Shown: in pieces, positions 18,791 to 28,908 of the stretch | Numbering within the stretch: position 1 is the stretch's first letter | Layout: each line of letters opens with the position of its first letter | Assembly (NCBI GenBank): GCA_964594755.1 | Contig: CAZQMO010000006.1 | Location: 1 to 57,903, forward strand | Direction of reading: 5' to 3' | DNA length: 57,903 bases | Source of the DNA: an uncultured Candidatus Saccharibacteria bacterium | Lineage (GTDB): Bacteria; Patescibacteriota; Doudnabacteria; UBA920 | The notes under the pieces: generated by a model | What the model was told of the DNA's origin: nothing | The model's database searches: none | Seen by the model: only the letters and a program-made list of their open reading frames with translations | Translations under genes and position numbers: made by a program

Positions 18791-19470
18791 TGGGGAAATT
18801 GATTATTGCTAACTGGAAACTTAATCCACTCACTGAACGTGAAGCAATTGCCTTAGCAGAGCGAATTACACAGGTTAGTCCTTATGAAGTAGTAATTTGC
18901 CCGCCATTAGCATTTCTGAACTCTGTCAAATATCTACATTTAGGAGCCCAGGATGTTTCCCCGCAAATAAAAGGCGCTTATACTGGGCAGATTTCACCCA
19001 GTCATCTGGCTAGTTTAGGAATTGAATATTGCATAGTTGGCCACAGTGAAAGACGGGCAATGGGTGAACGAGATGATTTGATTAATCAAAAACTCCAAGC
19101 TTTGATTCACTACAAAATTACTCCGGTGCTGTGCGTTGGTTACGGCACTACTGTGAGTCAGGATGAATTAGAAGTTACCGATGTGTTAGGTTCGCAGCTT
19201 ACTCAGGATTTGGATGGGGTTGATCCAAAGAAAATAATTGTTGCTTATGAGCCTGTTTGGGCGATTGGTAGCGGCCGACCAGCAACCCCAGAGCACGCAG
19301 AACAGATTGCCTTGTATATTCAAACCAAGTTCGGAGTAAAAAAAGTATTATACGGCGGTAGCGTTAATAGCACCAATAGCGAAGCTTATTTGTCGCAACA
19401 CCATGTTGATGGTTTACTTGTTGGAGGTGCTTCGTTGTTACCAGATGATTTTAATAAAATTATTAGTTAG
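18790..19470 (+). CDS. tpiA: Triosephosphate isomerase
   Basis: ANWKL, VGHSERR, AYEPVWAIG, LVGGASL. Confidence 0.97.
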   Translation: MGKLIIANWKLNPLTEREAIALAERITQVSPYEVVICPPLAFLNSVKYLHLGAQDVSPQIKGAYTGQISPSHLASLGIEYCIVGHSERRAMGERDDLINQKLQALIHYKITPVLCVGYGTTVSQDELEVTDVLGSQLTQDLDGVDPKKIIVAYEPVWAIGSGRPATPEHAEQIALYIQTKFGVKKVLYGGSVNSTNSEAYLSQHHVDGLLVGGASLLPDDFNKIIS

Positions 19471-19551
19471 TAAGTCATGAGTAAATCGCAATCAGTATTT
19501 TGGAATCCTAATTTTTAGAAATCTCTTACTACTATTCTTTACCATTTAATT

Positions 19552-20001
19552 ATGATCTACATTGCAGCCGACCACGGTGGATTCAAACTCAAACAACATC
19601 TCGCAAGGTTTTTGCAAAAACAAAAGCTGGATTTTAAGGACCTTGGCCCAGCAAAGTTTAAAGATGGCGATGATTACCCTGACTTTGGAGCCAAAGTTGC
19701 TAAGCAAGTTTCAAAGAATCCGGTGAGTAATCTTGGTATTTTAATTTGTCGTAGCGGGCAAGGGATGTGCATTGTTGCCAACAAGTATCCAAGAGTCAGA
19801 GCTGTCCTGGTATGGAATCAGGCTGCAGCAAAGGTTAGTCGTAATGATGACATGGCTAATATATTATGTTTACCTAGTGATTTTATGAATTATTCACAAG
19901 CAGAAAGTATTCTGAAGACTTGGCTAAACACAGCTTATTCAACAGAACCACGTCATATGAGAAGGGTTCATAAGATCAGTAAGATAGAGGAGTCTTTGTG
20001 A
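19552..20001 (+). CDS. rpiB: Ribose-5-phosphate isomerase B
   Basis: IAADHGG, DDYPD, ICRSGQGM, ANK, NILCL. Confidence 0.93.
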   Translation: MIYIAADHGGFKLKQHLARFLQKQKLDFKDLGPAKFKDGDDYPDFGAKVAKQVSKNPVSNLGILICRSGQGMCIVANKYPRVRAVLVWNQAAAKVSRNDDMANILCLPSDFMNYSQAESILKTWLNTAYSTEPRHMRRVHKISKIEESL

Positions 20002-20642
20002 TAATACCGGCAATTCTAGAAACCAATGCCAAGCAATTTCAGGCAAAATTAAAGGAAGTTTTAGCTTTAAAGGGAATCAAAACGGTGCAGGTGGATTTTG
20101 CTGATGGAAAATTTGTTGCCACTAAAACTGTTGATGTTTCCGAAATCAAATTACCCAAGAATAAAATTGAGTTTGAGGCCCACTTAATGATTAGTAATCC
20201 TAGCAATTTTGCAGATTACAAAAAGAAGGGTTTCGATAAAATTATCTTGCATTACGAATCATTTGATAATGAAACGGATTTAGAAGACTCGTTAGAAGAA
20301 ATTCGTAAGCTAAAGATGAAACCAGCATTGGCAATTTCTCCTACCACAGCTGTGTCTGTATTGCGTTATTTTTCGGATAACATTTTAAATTTTACTTTAT
20401 TATCGGTTGTCCCTGGCAAGCAAGGACAAAAAATGTTACCAGATACACTGGAACGATTAATGGAACTACGCGATCATGCTAAAGCAGGAACCGTAATCGA
20501 AGTAGATGGTGGTGTGAATGCCGATAATATTGCCAAGTTGATTGATGCTGGTGCTACTGATTGTGTGGTTGGTTCAGCTTTAGTTTCCGGCGATATCAAG
20601 GAAAATTACAAAAATTTATTGGAAGCAATTACTAATGGCTAA
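19998..20642 (+). CDS. rpe: Ribulose-phosphate 3-epimerase
   Basis: VQVDFADG, EAHLMI, VPGKQGQ, IEVDGGVN, VVGSAL. Confidence 0.9.
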   Translation: MIIPAILETNAKQFQAKLKEVLALKGIKTVQVDFADGKFVATKTVDVSEIKLPKNKIEFEAHLMISNPSNFADYKKKGFDKIILHYESFDNETDLEDSLEEIRKLKMKPALAISPTTAVSVLRYFSDNILNFTLLSVVPGKQGQKMLPDTLERLMELRDHAKAGTVIEVDGGVNADNIAKLIDAGATDCVVGSALVSGDIKENYKNLLEAITNG

Positions 20643-21486
20643 GCTATCTTCAGTAGAGTTACAACTTACGGCTAACAACATTCGTCAAAGTATTATTGAA
20701 ATGTTGGTAGAAGCTGGCAGTGGACACAGTGCCGGTCCTTTGGGTATGTCGGATGTCTTCACGGCACTTTATTTTGAGTTGATGAATATTGATCCAAAAA
20801 AACCTGATTGGGATGAGCGCGATTGGTTAGTATTGTCTTGTGGTCATATTTGTCCGGTGTTGTATGCCACTTTGTCCGAACGTGGTTATTTCCCAAATTC
20901 AGAACTCAAAACTTTACGTAAACTTGGTACGCGACTACAAGGCCACCCACATAATTTATCTTTACCTGGCATTGAAACTACAAGTGGTCCCTTGGCACAA
21001 GGTTCTTCCCAGGCAGTGGGGATTGCCTTAGCTTTCCGCATGAATAAGCAAAGAAATCGGGTTTATTTAGTTATGAGTGATGGCGAACAGCAAGAAGGTC
21101 AGACTTGGGAAGCAGTGATGCTGGCTGGTAAAGAAAAACTTCACAACCTAACTGCAGTAATCGACCGTAACAATATTCAGATAGACGGTTACACCGAAGA
21201 CGTGATGCCATTAGATGATCTTAAAGCTAAATATGAAGCCTTTAATTGGCATGTGATTGAAGTCGATGGTCATAATATTCAAGCTGTGATAAACGCTTAT
21301 CGCGAAGCTGAAGCCATCTACGAAAAACCAACTGTGATTATTGCGCATACTATTCCAGGTAAAGGCGTTGACTTTATGGAAGGTAAATATGAATGGCACG
21401 GCAAACCACCAAAACCAGAGGAAGCTAAAGTTGCGCTACAAGAATTACGAACTTTGCAGGGAAAGATTAAATCTGAGCATGAATAG
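20635..21486 (+). CDS. tkt: Transketolase, N-terminal subunit
   Basis: GSGH, LSCGH, LQGHP, TPP motif SDGEQQEGQTWE, DRNNIQIDG. Confidence 0.93.
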   Translation: MAKLSSVELQLTANNIRQSIIEMLVEAGSGHSAGPLGMSDVFTALYFELMNIDPKKPDWDERDWLVLSCGHICPVLYATLSERGYFPNSELKTLRKLGTRLQGHPHNLSLPGIETTSGPLAQGSSQAVGIALAFRMNKQRNRVYLVMSDGEQQEGQTWEAVMLAGKEKLHNLTAVIDRNNIQIDGYTEDVMPLDDLKAKYEAFNWHVIEVDGHNIQAVINAYREAEAIYEKPTVIIAHTIPGKGVDFMEGKYEWHGKPPKPEEAKVALQELRTLQGKIKSEHE

Positions 21487-21500
21487 TATCCGTAATAATT

Positions 21501-22493
21501 ATGTTAAACCCTAAACAAAAATTAAATCCTGCGTTAGGAAACGGTACGATTGAGCAAAAGGCGACTCGCGATGGTTTTGGCGACGCTCTTTTGGAGCTGG
21601 GCGAAAAAGACGATCGCATCGTTGCCCTTACTGGAGACTTGGCAGAATCCACGCGCGTTCTGCCTTTTGCAGAAAAATTTCCAGAGCGGTTTATTGAGTG
21701 CGGCGTGGCTGAGCAAAACATGATGGGCGTGGCAGCTGGTTTGGCCTTAGCAGGAAAAATTCCATTTGCAGCAAGTTACGCTACCTTTAGCCCTGGTCGT
21801 AACTGGGACCAATTGCGCGTGTCAGTTTGCTACAGCCAGGCCAATGTAAAAATTATCGGAGCGCATACAGGTGTGTCGGTCGGTCCGGATGGAGCAACTC
21901 ATCAGGCTCTGGAGGATATTGCTATTACCAGAGTTCTACCGAACCTGACAGTGATTCAGCCCTGTGATGCTCATGAAGCTCTTAAAGCAACTTCAGCTAT
22001 TGCTCATGCGAATGGTCCTCATTATTTACGACTCACTCGCGAAAAAACACCACTCATTACAACTGAATATTCACCGTTTCAAATTGGCAAAGCCAATATT
22101 CTAAAAGAAGGTAAGGATGTTGCCTTAATCGGTTGCGGCCCCGTCCTGTATAATGGTATTAAGGCTGCGCTAGATCTAGAGCCGGGAAATATTAATGTTT
22201 TAGTTATAAATTTACATACCATTAAACCGCTTGATGAATCAGTATTAATTTGGGCAGCGAAATTAACTGGCGCAGTAGTTACTTTGGAAGAGCATCAGGT
22301 TAATGGTGGGATGGGAAGTGCAGTAGCAGAATTTTATGCCAAGAATTATCCCGTGCCAATTGAAATGGTTGGAATGCAAGACAGTTTTGGAGAAAGTGGT
22401 AAACCTGAAGAGTTGTGGGAGAAGTACGGCATGGGTGTTGAAGCAATTAAACAAGCAATAAAAAAGGTAATTAACAGAAAAGTTAAGAAATAA
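21501..22493 (+). CDS. tkt: Transketolase, C-terminal subunit
   Basis: GVAEQNMMGVAAGLA, GPDGATHQALED, LEEH..GGMGSAV. Confidence 0.93.
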   Translation: MLNPKQKLNPALGNGTIEQKATRDGFGDALLELGEKDDRIVALTGDLAESTRVLPFAEKFPERFIECGVAEQNMMGVAAGLALAGKIPFAASYATFSPGRNWDQLRVSVCYSQANVKIIGAHTGVSVGPDGATHQALEDIAITRVLPNLTVIQPCDAHEALKATSAIAHANGPHYLRLTREKTPLITTEYSPFQIGKANILKEGKDVALIGCGPVLYNGIKAALDLEPGNINVLVINLHTIKPLDESVLIWAAKLTGAVVTLEEHQVNGGMGSAVAEFYAKNYPVPIEMVGMQDSFGESGKPEELWEKYGMGVEAIKQAIKKVINRKVKK

Positions 22494-22495
22494 TA

Positions 22496-22603
22496 TGTCA
22501 TTCCTGGCGCGCTTCACGAAGTGAAGGCCGACCGGGAATCCATTAGACTTCTAGTGGATCCCCGGTTCTCGCCGCTTTACAAGCGACTCGCCCGGGGATG
22601 ACA
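22496..22603. repeat. 108-bp palindromic element, TGTCATTCC...GGGATGACA ends
   Basis: Same termini and GGGAATCC/GGATCCC core as 1885-1950, with longer internal hairpins. Confidence 0.85.
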
Positions 22604-22612
22604 GGAGAAAAT

Positions 22613-23638
22613 ATGCCAAAACCAAAATATGACATGATTGCCATAGGTGATCCGACAATAGATACGTTTCTTTTCGTAGATGATATTGAAGTAAAAAAAA
22701 TCAATGGTCAGCTCAAAGCAATTATTAGCTGGGGTGATAAATTACCCGTTCAAAAATTCGCTCGCACTGTTGCGGGTAATGCTGCTAACGCTGCGGTTGG
22801 CTCAAGTCGTTTGGGTTTAAAAACTGCTTTTTATACAGTTTTAGCACATGACACTGGTGGTCGTGAGATCACTCATAAAATGCGTAAAGAAAAAGTTGCT
22901 ACTGATTACATTGTGATTGATGAGGACCACCCCACTAATGCTTCAACAGTGCTAAGTCATGATGGCGAAAGAACAATTTTTGTTTATCATGAACACCGGA
23001 AATATAAGTTACCCAAATTAGCCCCATCGGCTTGGGTTTACTTAACTAGTATGGGTGTTGGATTCGAAAAAATTTATAAAGATTTAGCTAAATATTTAGA
23101 CAAGACTGGCGCGAAGTTAGCTTTTAATCCTGGTACCTTCCAACTTCGCAAAGGCCCAAAGTCTAATAAGCAAATTTTAGAACGCACCACAGTGTTGTCA
23201 ATTAATAAAGAAGAGGCGCAGAGCTGGGTTGGCAAAACCGAAGATTTTGAAGTGCTTAGTAAAAAGCTTCAAAAATTGGGACCAGAAACTGTGGTAATTA
23301 CCGATGGTCGTAAAGGTGCTTATAGTTATGGACCAGAAGGCTACTATTACATTACTGAATTTCCAGGACCACGTATTGAAGCTACAGGTGCAGGGGATAG
23401 CTTTACTACTGCATATGTTGGAGCCTTGGCATTAGGTATGACTCATCTTGAGGCGTTGCGTTGGGGACCTGTTAATGCGGGCAGTGTAGTTATGGCGATA
23501 GGCCCGCAAGAAGGTTTACTAACCAAGAAACAAATTTTGGCAAAGTTGTCTCGTCGGAGGAGTTTTAAACCCGTGGCTTTGGTTGATGAGAGAACCAAAT
23601 CAAAAATTGCGGCCATGGTTGGCAAAATGAAAGACTAA
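22613..23638 (+). CDS. PfkB-family carbohydrate kinase
   Basis: GNAANAAVGSSRLG, TDGRKG, EATGAGDSF signature; ATG 22613 behind AGGAGA (the ATG at 22598 lies inside the repeat). Confidence 0.88.
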   Translation: MPKPKYDMIAIGDPTIDTFLFVDDIEVKKINGQLKAIISWGDKLPVQKFARTVAGNAANAAVGSSRLGLKTAFYTVLAHDTGGREITHKMRKEKVATDYIVIDEDHPTNASTVLSHDGERTIFVYHEHRKYKLPKLAPSAWVYLTSMGVGFEKIYKDLAKYLDKTGAKLAFNPGTFQLRKGPKSNKQILERTTVLSINKEEAQSWVGKTEDFEVLSKKLQKLGPETVVITDGRKGAYSYGPEGYYYITEFPGPRIEATGAGDSFTTAYVGALALGMTHLEALRWGPVNAGSVVMAIGPQEGLLTKKQILAKLSRRRSFKPVALVDERTKSKIAAMVGKMKD

Positions 23639-23639
23639 C

Positions 23640-24506
23640 ATGTTAGTTCACATCAAAGAACTGTTCGAAAAACCAGTCCGGGGCAAGTTCGCTTATCCTG
23701 CGTTTAACACAATCAACTTTGAGACCACTCGGGGCATTATTGATGCTGCCGAGGAAATGGGAACTCCGGTAATAATCGAAACAACTGAATCCACTGTGAA
23801 GTATGCAGGTTTAGAAACCATTTTTGAAACTGTGGCTAGTTTGGCTATCAAGTCAACGGTGCCGATTGTACTTCATTATGATCACGGTAAAGAGGCGGAT
23901 CATCTAAAGAGGGCTATCCAATTAGGATACTCGTCAGTTATGATTGACCATTCTGCCCTGGATCTCGATCAGAATATCAAAGATACTAAAGAAATGGTTG
24001 AGTTCGCTCATAAGGAGGGTGCTTGGGTTCAAGGCGAGGTTGGTAAGATTCGAGGTAATGAAGATTGGGTTTCCGTTTCAGAAACGGAAGCGTTACTGAC
24101 CGAACCAGAGGAAGCGGAGAAGTTTTGGCAAGCTACTGGAGTAGACACATTGGCTAGTGCAGTCGGGACTATTCACGGTATAATAAAAATGACCGGAAAC
24201 GTTAAAGCTCATGTTGATATTGAAAGAATAGAGCAGATTGCCAGCCGAGTTCCTGTGCCTTTGGTTCTTCATGGAGCAAGTGGGGTTCCAGATGATATAA
24301 TATTGAAAGCGATTAGTGCTGGTGTATCGATAATCAATATTGATACGGAAATTAGAATCGGATTTTCTTCTGAACTTCGCAAAGCTTTAGCAGACCATCC
24401 AGATGAGATTGACCCGCGCAAATATTTAACCCCGGCTATTGAAGGCGTGAAAAATGCCGCTATAAGGAAGTTAAAAGCTTTTAAAACTATTAATCAAGTA
24501 ACTTAA
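23640..24506 (+). CDS. fba: Class II fructose-bisphosphate aldolase
   Basis: LHYDHG, SSVMID, GTIHG, LVLHGASG, NIDTE. Confidence 0.93.
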   Translation: MLVHIKELFEKPVRGKFAYPAFNTINFETTRGIIDAAEEMGTPVIIETTESTVKYAGLETIFETVASLAIKSTVPIVLHYDHGKEADHLKRAIQLGYSSVMIDHSALDLDQNIKDTKEMVEFAHKEGAWVQGEVGKIRGNEDWVSVSETEALLTEPEEAEKFWQATGVDTLASAVGTIHGIIKMTGNVKAHVDIERIEQIASRVPVPLVLHGASGVPDDIILKAISAGVSIINIDTEIRIGFSSELRKALADHPDEIDPRKYLTPAIEGVKNAAIRKLKAFKTINQVT

Positions 24507-24510
24507 ATTT

Positions 24511-24747
24511 ATGATCCAAGGAAGTGGGCTACAAGAAAAAAACGCCAGGTTGAGATTTTTGTTATATATTTTTATGGGAGTCATAGCTTTTGGCTCATTG
24601 TTATACTGGCGGACTGCGGCATTGGACTCAGCTGAGTACGTTGAGTTTGCCACACCAAAGAAAACCAAAACCGAGAAGTTGGAAAATAACTTACGTTCAA
24701 ATCGATACCAAATTGAAACTTTCGACAGTTCGCCGAGCATTAATTAA
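24511..24747 (+). CDS. Small single-TM hypothetical protein
   Basis: Tightly packed between fba and gap; one hydrophobic segment. Confidence 0.6.
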   Translation: MIQGSGLQEKNARLRFLLYIFMGVIAFGSLLYWRTAALDSAEYVEFATPKKTKTEKLENNLRSNRYQIETFDSSPSIN

Positions 24748-24763
24748 TTAGTAATAAAACAAA

Positions 24764-25795
24764 ATGCCAAAAACCAAGCTCGCGATCAACGGCTTTGGCC
24801 GTATTGGCCGCCAAGCTTTTAAGATCGCCTTACAAAAACCAGATTTAGAAATCGTTGCTATCAATGATTTAACCAGCCCAGAAGCCTTGGCTGGTTTGTT
24901 GAAATATGATTCGAACTACGGCAAATACTCAGAAGCTGTAGATTTTGATGAAAAGCATGTGATTGTGGGTGGTCAAAAGTTTCCGGTGTATGCAGAGAAA
25001 GACCCAAGCTTGTTGCCTTGGAAAGATTTAGGTGTAGATGTTGTAATCGAGAGTACTGGCCGCTTCACAGATAGTGAGAAAGCCGGAGCTCATCTACAAG
25101 CTGGTGCGAAGCGAGTGATTATCTCTGCGCCCGCGAAAGATGAAGGAATGACTAAAACTTTTGTATTGGGTGTTAATGAAGATAAGTATTCTGATGAAGC
25201 AATTATTAGTAACGCTTCTTGTACAACTAATTGTATCGCACCAGTTGCGCATGTTTTGCACACCAAGTTCGGGATTCAAAAGGCGATGATGACAACAATC
25301 CACAGTTATACTGCGGAACAAAATTTGGTTGATGGTCCGCCTCCTGGTGGACACGCAAATGATATGCGTCGCGCCCGCGCTGCAGCTACAAATATCGTAC
25401 CGACAACAACTGGCGCCGCGATTTCCGCTACAGAAACTATCCCTGCGTTAAAAGGTTTGTTCGATGGAATGGCGATTCGCGTACCGACACCTGTTGGAAG
25501 TTTGTCTGACTTCACTATGTTGTTGGCGAGAGACGTCACAATCGAAGAAGTTAATCAAGCTTTCACTGATGCTGCAAATCATCCTTTGTATAAAGATAGA
25601 ATTTCCGTGACGACAGATCAAATCGTATCTACCGATATCGTTGGCAATCCTTCATCTGCAATCGTAGATTTATCTCTTACTAAAGTAGTAGGCGGTAATA
25701 TGGTAAAGGTGATTGCTTGGTATGATAACGAGTTTGGTTATTCAAACAGATTAGTAGAGCAGTGTGTGTTAGTTGGTGAAACTTTGAAAAAATAA
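24764..25795 (+). CDS. gap: Glyceraldehyde-3-phosphate dehydrogenase
   Basis: INGFGRIGR, catalytic ASCTTNC, WYDNEFGYS. Confidence 0.98.
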   Translation: MPKTKLAINGFGRIGRQAFKIALQKPDLEIVAINDLTSPEALAGLLKYDSNYGKYSEAVDFDEKHVIVGGQKFPVYAEKDPSLLPWKDLGVDVVIESTGRFTDSEKAGAHLQAGAKRVIISAPAKDEGMTKTFVLGVNEDKYSDEAIISNASCTTNCIAPVAHVLHTKFGIQKAMMTTIHSYTAEQNLVDGPPPGGHANDMRRARAAATNIVPTTTGAAISATETIPALKGLFDGMAIRVPTPVGSLSDFTMLLARDVTIEEVNQAFTDAANHPLYKDRISVTTDQIVSTDIVGNPSSAIVDLSLTKVVGGNMVKVIAWYDNEFGYSNRLVEQCVLVGETLKK

Positions 25796-25823
25796 AAACC
25801 GAACGTGGGAGCGTCCGGTCGGT
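25787..25823 (-). terminator. Probable terminator of the antisense small-ORF pair
   Basis: ACCGA/TCGGT stem followed on the minus strand by TTTTATTTT; stem is weak. Confidence 0.45.
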
Positions 25824-25831
25824 CTTATGGT

Positions 25832-25942
25832 TTAGGCAATACTTGTGAATACCTTATAGAGGAGAATCCCTCCAAAGATGTAGAGTAATGCTAAAAAAAT
25901 GTTCGGAGATTTGGTCTCTAGCCTCTCTAGCCATTGAACCAT
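25832..25942 (-). CDS. 36-aa membrane peptide B (MVQWLERLETKSPNIFLALLYIFGGILLYKVFTSIA)
   Basis: Hand-translated; AGGAGG SD, ATG 25942, TAA 25832, one TM-like segment; below the ORF-track cut-off. Confidence 0.65.
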   Translation of the reverse strand: MVQWLERLETKSPNIFLALLYIFGGILLYKVFTSIA

Positions 25943-26037
25943 AGCAAGCCTCCTATAGCAAGAATGGTCGTAGCTAGGACTCCGAAAGCAACGAGTTTGT
26001 TAAAGAGATTTGCCCCAGCAATCCCTGATAGTTTCAT
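25927..26037 (-). CDS. 36-aa membrane peptide A (MKLSGIAGANLFNKLVAFGVLATTILAIGGLLWFNG)
   Basis: Hand-translated; AAGGAGG SD, ATG 26037, TAG 25927, one TM-like segment. Confidence 0.7.
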   Translation of the reverse strand: MKLSGIAGANLFNKLVAFGVLATTILAIGGLLWFNG

Positions 26038-26085
26038 TTTTCAAGCCTCCTTAAAAAAATAAAAAACGCTCCGAGGAACATACTT

Positions 26086-26114
26086 ATTAAACCATAATTT
26101 ATAAACATTGTCAA
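26086..26114 (-). promoter_or_regulatory. sigma70 promoter for the antisense peptide pair
   Basis: Minus strand TTGACA(26114-26109)-17-TTTAAT with TG extension; overlaps the pgk TTG start. Confidence 0.65.
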
Positions 26115-27340
26115 TTAAGCAGATATCCACAAATAAAAACCTCAAAAATAAGCGCATAATTTTGCGTTTAGATTTGAATGAGCCTATAGATAATAATGGA
26201 AAGTTATTAGATGATTTTCGGATTTCTTCAGCTATACCTACTATCAAAGCTCTTTGGAATAATGGCAATAAATTGATAATCGTCTCTCACTTAGGTCGCC
26301 CTGATGGAGAAGTCGTGAGTGGAATGACCTTACGGCCTGTAGTAGAACGTCTGGCTGAATTATTGGAAACAAAATTTGTAGAAACCAGTAATCAGTTACC
26401 AGATTATGCGATTAAGCATACAATTTTTTTTACCGGTGATCTTAATGACGCGTCTGTTAAAGATTTGTTAACGGCGCAATCCGCCAAGGACATTGTTGTG
26501 TTAGAAAATATTCGATTTTATCCAGGCGAAGAAACTTCGGATCAAAGTTTTGCAAAACATTTGGCCGTGCTGGGTGATGTTTTTGTTAATGAGGCGTTTA
26601 GTGTATCCCATCGTAATGCAGCTTCAATTACAGTTTTGCCAGAATTATTACCAGGCTACGCCGGACCTTTGCTAGCCAGGGAGACGGCAGCTTTGGATGT
26701 GCTGTTGTCGGGTCGTTACAAGAAACCTTTTGTACTCTTGATGGGTGGGATTAAAATTAGCGACAAATCTCAGACACTTATGAACTTAGGAAAATCAGCT
26801 GACCAGATTTTAGTTGGCGGTGGATTAGCGAATTTGTTTCTGGCGGCTCAAGGTTATAATGTCGATGTCCAAAATGATAAGGCCAGTATTTCCGCGGCTA
26901 AACAGATTTTATTAAATTTCAAATCCAAAATCGTACTGCCGATTGACGCGACTTGCTATAGTGCTGGTCAACGTACTGGCAGTAAAGTTGTGGTAAAGAA
27001 AATTCCGGCAATATCCAAAACTGATAAGGTCTATGACATTGGCCCAGCAACAATTTTGGCATTCACCAAAGTATTGCAAACTGCCGGGACGATTTGCTGG
27101 AATGGACCAATGGGCTACTTTGAAGAAAAGCCTTATCGGGCCGGGACTTTAAGCATGGCTAAAGTGGTCGGCGGACTTGGCAAGCGCAAAGCTTATGTTG
27201 TTGCTGGCGGCGGCGAAACTGTGGCGGCGATTAGGCAATCTGGACAACTTGATCATCTGGACCATGTTTCTACTGGCGGCGGCGCCATGTTGGAATATTT
27301 AGCCGGCAGTAAACTTCCAGGTATAGAAGTATTAAAATAA
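26108..27340 (+). CDS. pgk: Phosphoglycerate kinase
   Basis: RLDLNEP, SHLGRP, LENIRFYPGE, GGIKISDK, WNGPMG, GGGET, STGGGAMLE; start uncertain. Confidence 0.96.
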   Translation: MSIKQISTNKNLKNKRIILRLDLNEPIDNNGKLLDDFRISSAIPTIKALWNNGNKLIIVSHLGRPDGEVVSGMTLRPVVERLAELLETKFVETSNQLPDYAIKHTIFFTGDLNDASVKDLLTAQSAKDIVVLENIRFYPGEETSDQSFAKHLAVLGDVFVNEAFSVSHRNAASITVLPELLPGYAGPLLARETAALDVLLSGRYKKPFVLLMGGIKISDKSQTLMNLGKSADQILVGGGLANLFLAAQGYNVDVQNDKASISAAKQILLNFKSKIVLPIDATCYSAGQRTGSKVVVKKIPAISKTDKVYDIGPATILAFTKVLQTAGTICWNGPMGYFEEKPYRAGTLSMAKVVGGLGKRKAYVVAGGGETVAAIRQSGQLDHLDHVSTGGGAMLEYLAGSKLPGIEVLK

Positions 27341-27428
27341 CGCCTCGGGCGTTTTTTTATTTGGCGCAAAAATGGTATAATTAATTTGAAATCTGACTTA
27401 AGAAATAAAAACTGCAAAAAGAAAATTC

Positions 27429-28676
27429 ATGCCTAAGCTTACAAAACTAGTGGCTCGACAGATTTTGGATAGCCGTGGAAACCCTACTATCGAAGTGAGG
27501 GCCTATTCAGGTAAAGCATTTGCAGCTGCAAGTGTGCCTAGTGGTGCATCTACTGGTAGCCATGAAGCAGTGGAGTTGCGTGATAACGGAAAAACTTTTG
27601 ATGGAGCTGGCGTGGCCAAAGCTGTTCGAAACATAGAAACCAAACTTTCCAAAAAACTCAAAGATTTCGATATAAATGACCAAGAAGCATTGGATATGGC
27701 GATGGTTGAGCTTGATTCAACCGAGCAAAAAAGCCGACTTGGCGCTAACGCCATCTTGGGAGTATCGTTGGCAGTGGCTAGGCTGGCCAGTCAATTGAAT
27801 GATCAACCGCTCTATGTTTACTTGGCCAAAGTTTATGGTTATAAGCAACCAAAAAAATTACCAACCCCATTATTGAATGTGCTCAATGGTGGACTGCATG
27901 CTGATAGCGGCACTGATGTGCAAGAATTTTTCTTGATTCCGAAAAAAGGTAATTTATGGAACAGGCTTGATGCGGCCCATAAAGTCATCTCAGCTCTAAA
28001 GTCAGATCTAGCAAAGAAGAAATTATCTGTTTCGGTTGGTGATGAAGGCGGGTTTGCGCCTAAATTAAATTCTAACGAAAAGGCTTTGCGATTCTTGCAC
28101 GCGGCTGTTCATCACGCTGGTCTGCGATTGGGACGTGATATGGCTTTAGGGATTGATGCAGCAGCTACTGTCTTCTTTGATGTCGACAAGGAGATTTATC
28201 GATTCAAAGCTGATAAACGAAACTTTAAGCCGGTCAGTGTTTATCAATTGTATGCCCGCTGGGCCAAGAAGTATCATTTAGAAGTAATCGAAGATGGGTG
28301 TAGCGAAGATGATTTGCAGGGTTGGCAAAAATTGACTACGCAATTAGGGAGTAAACTTTGTTTAGTTGGCGATGATTTGTTTGTAACGAACCCTTATCGT
28401 TTACAAGCTGGGATTATTGCAGGCGTGGCTAATGCCGTCTTAATCAAACCTAATCAAATCGGTACCCTGACTGAAACTATGACCACTATTGCCTTGGCGC
28501 AACGTTATGATTACAAAGTGATTGTTTCGCATCGGAGCGGGGAAACGTGTGATGACTTTATTGCCGACTTAGCTGTAGCTGTAGGCGCTGACTATATCAA
28601 AGCTGGTAGTTTGGCGCGGGGTGAAAGAATCGCTAAATATAATCGCTTGTTAGAAATTGAGCAGGAGTTAATTTAG
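27429..28676 (+). CDS. eno: Enolase
   Basis: ILDSRGNPTIEV, VPSGASTG, GDEGGFAP, VGDDLFVTN, SHRSGET. Confidence 0.98.
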   Translation: MPKLTKLVARQILDSRGNPTIEVRAYSGKAFAAASVPSGASTGSHEAVELRDNGKTFDGAGVAKAVRNIETKLSKKLKDFDINDQEALDMAMVELDSTEQKSRLGANAILGVSLAVARLASQLNDQPLYVYLAKVYGYKQPKKLPTPLLNVLNGGLHADSGTDVQEFFLIPKKGNLWNRLDAAHKVISALKSDLAKKKLSVSVGDEGGFAPKLNSNEKALRFLHAAVHHAGLRLGRDMALGIDAAATVFFDVDKEIYRFKADKRNFKPVSVYQLYARWAKKYHLEVIEDGCSEDDLQGWQKLTTQLGSKLCLVGDDLFVTNPYRLQAGIIAGVANAVLIKPNQIGTLTETMTTIALAQRYDYKVIVSHRSGETCDDFIADLAVAVGADYIKAGSLARGERIAKYNRLLEIEQELI

Positions 28677-28677
28677 T

Positions 28678-28908
28678 ATGGTGGAATTAGGAATTTGGGA
28701 ACACTACAAGGGTGGCCGATACGAAGTAGTAATCAATGCCTTACTAGAAAACAGTGAAGAACCTGCAGTAGTTTATCGAGCTTTGTATGAAAACAACAAG
28801 TCAGAATACTGGATTCGGACCGAGCAAGATTTTTTAGCTATGGTTGAAGTCGCAGGCCAACAAGTACCAAGATTTAAATTAGTGGAGCTTCATGGCAAAG
28901 ACTTATAA
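28678..28908 (+). CDS. DUF1653-like small protein
   Basis: HYKGGRYEV...VVYRALY...WIR...F pattern. Confidence 0.75.
   Translation: MVELGIWEHYKGGRYEVVINALLENSEEPAVVYRALYENNKSEYWIRTEQDFLAMVEVAGQQVPRFKLVELHGKDL

Noticed and set aside
19467-19545. AGTAA/TTACT words between tpiA and rpiB as an empty four-helix-bundle site
   Set aside because: Only two loosely spaced units per side with no 7-bp phasing; compatible with chance.
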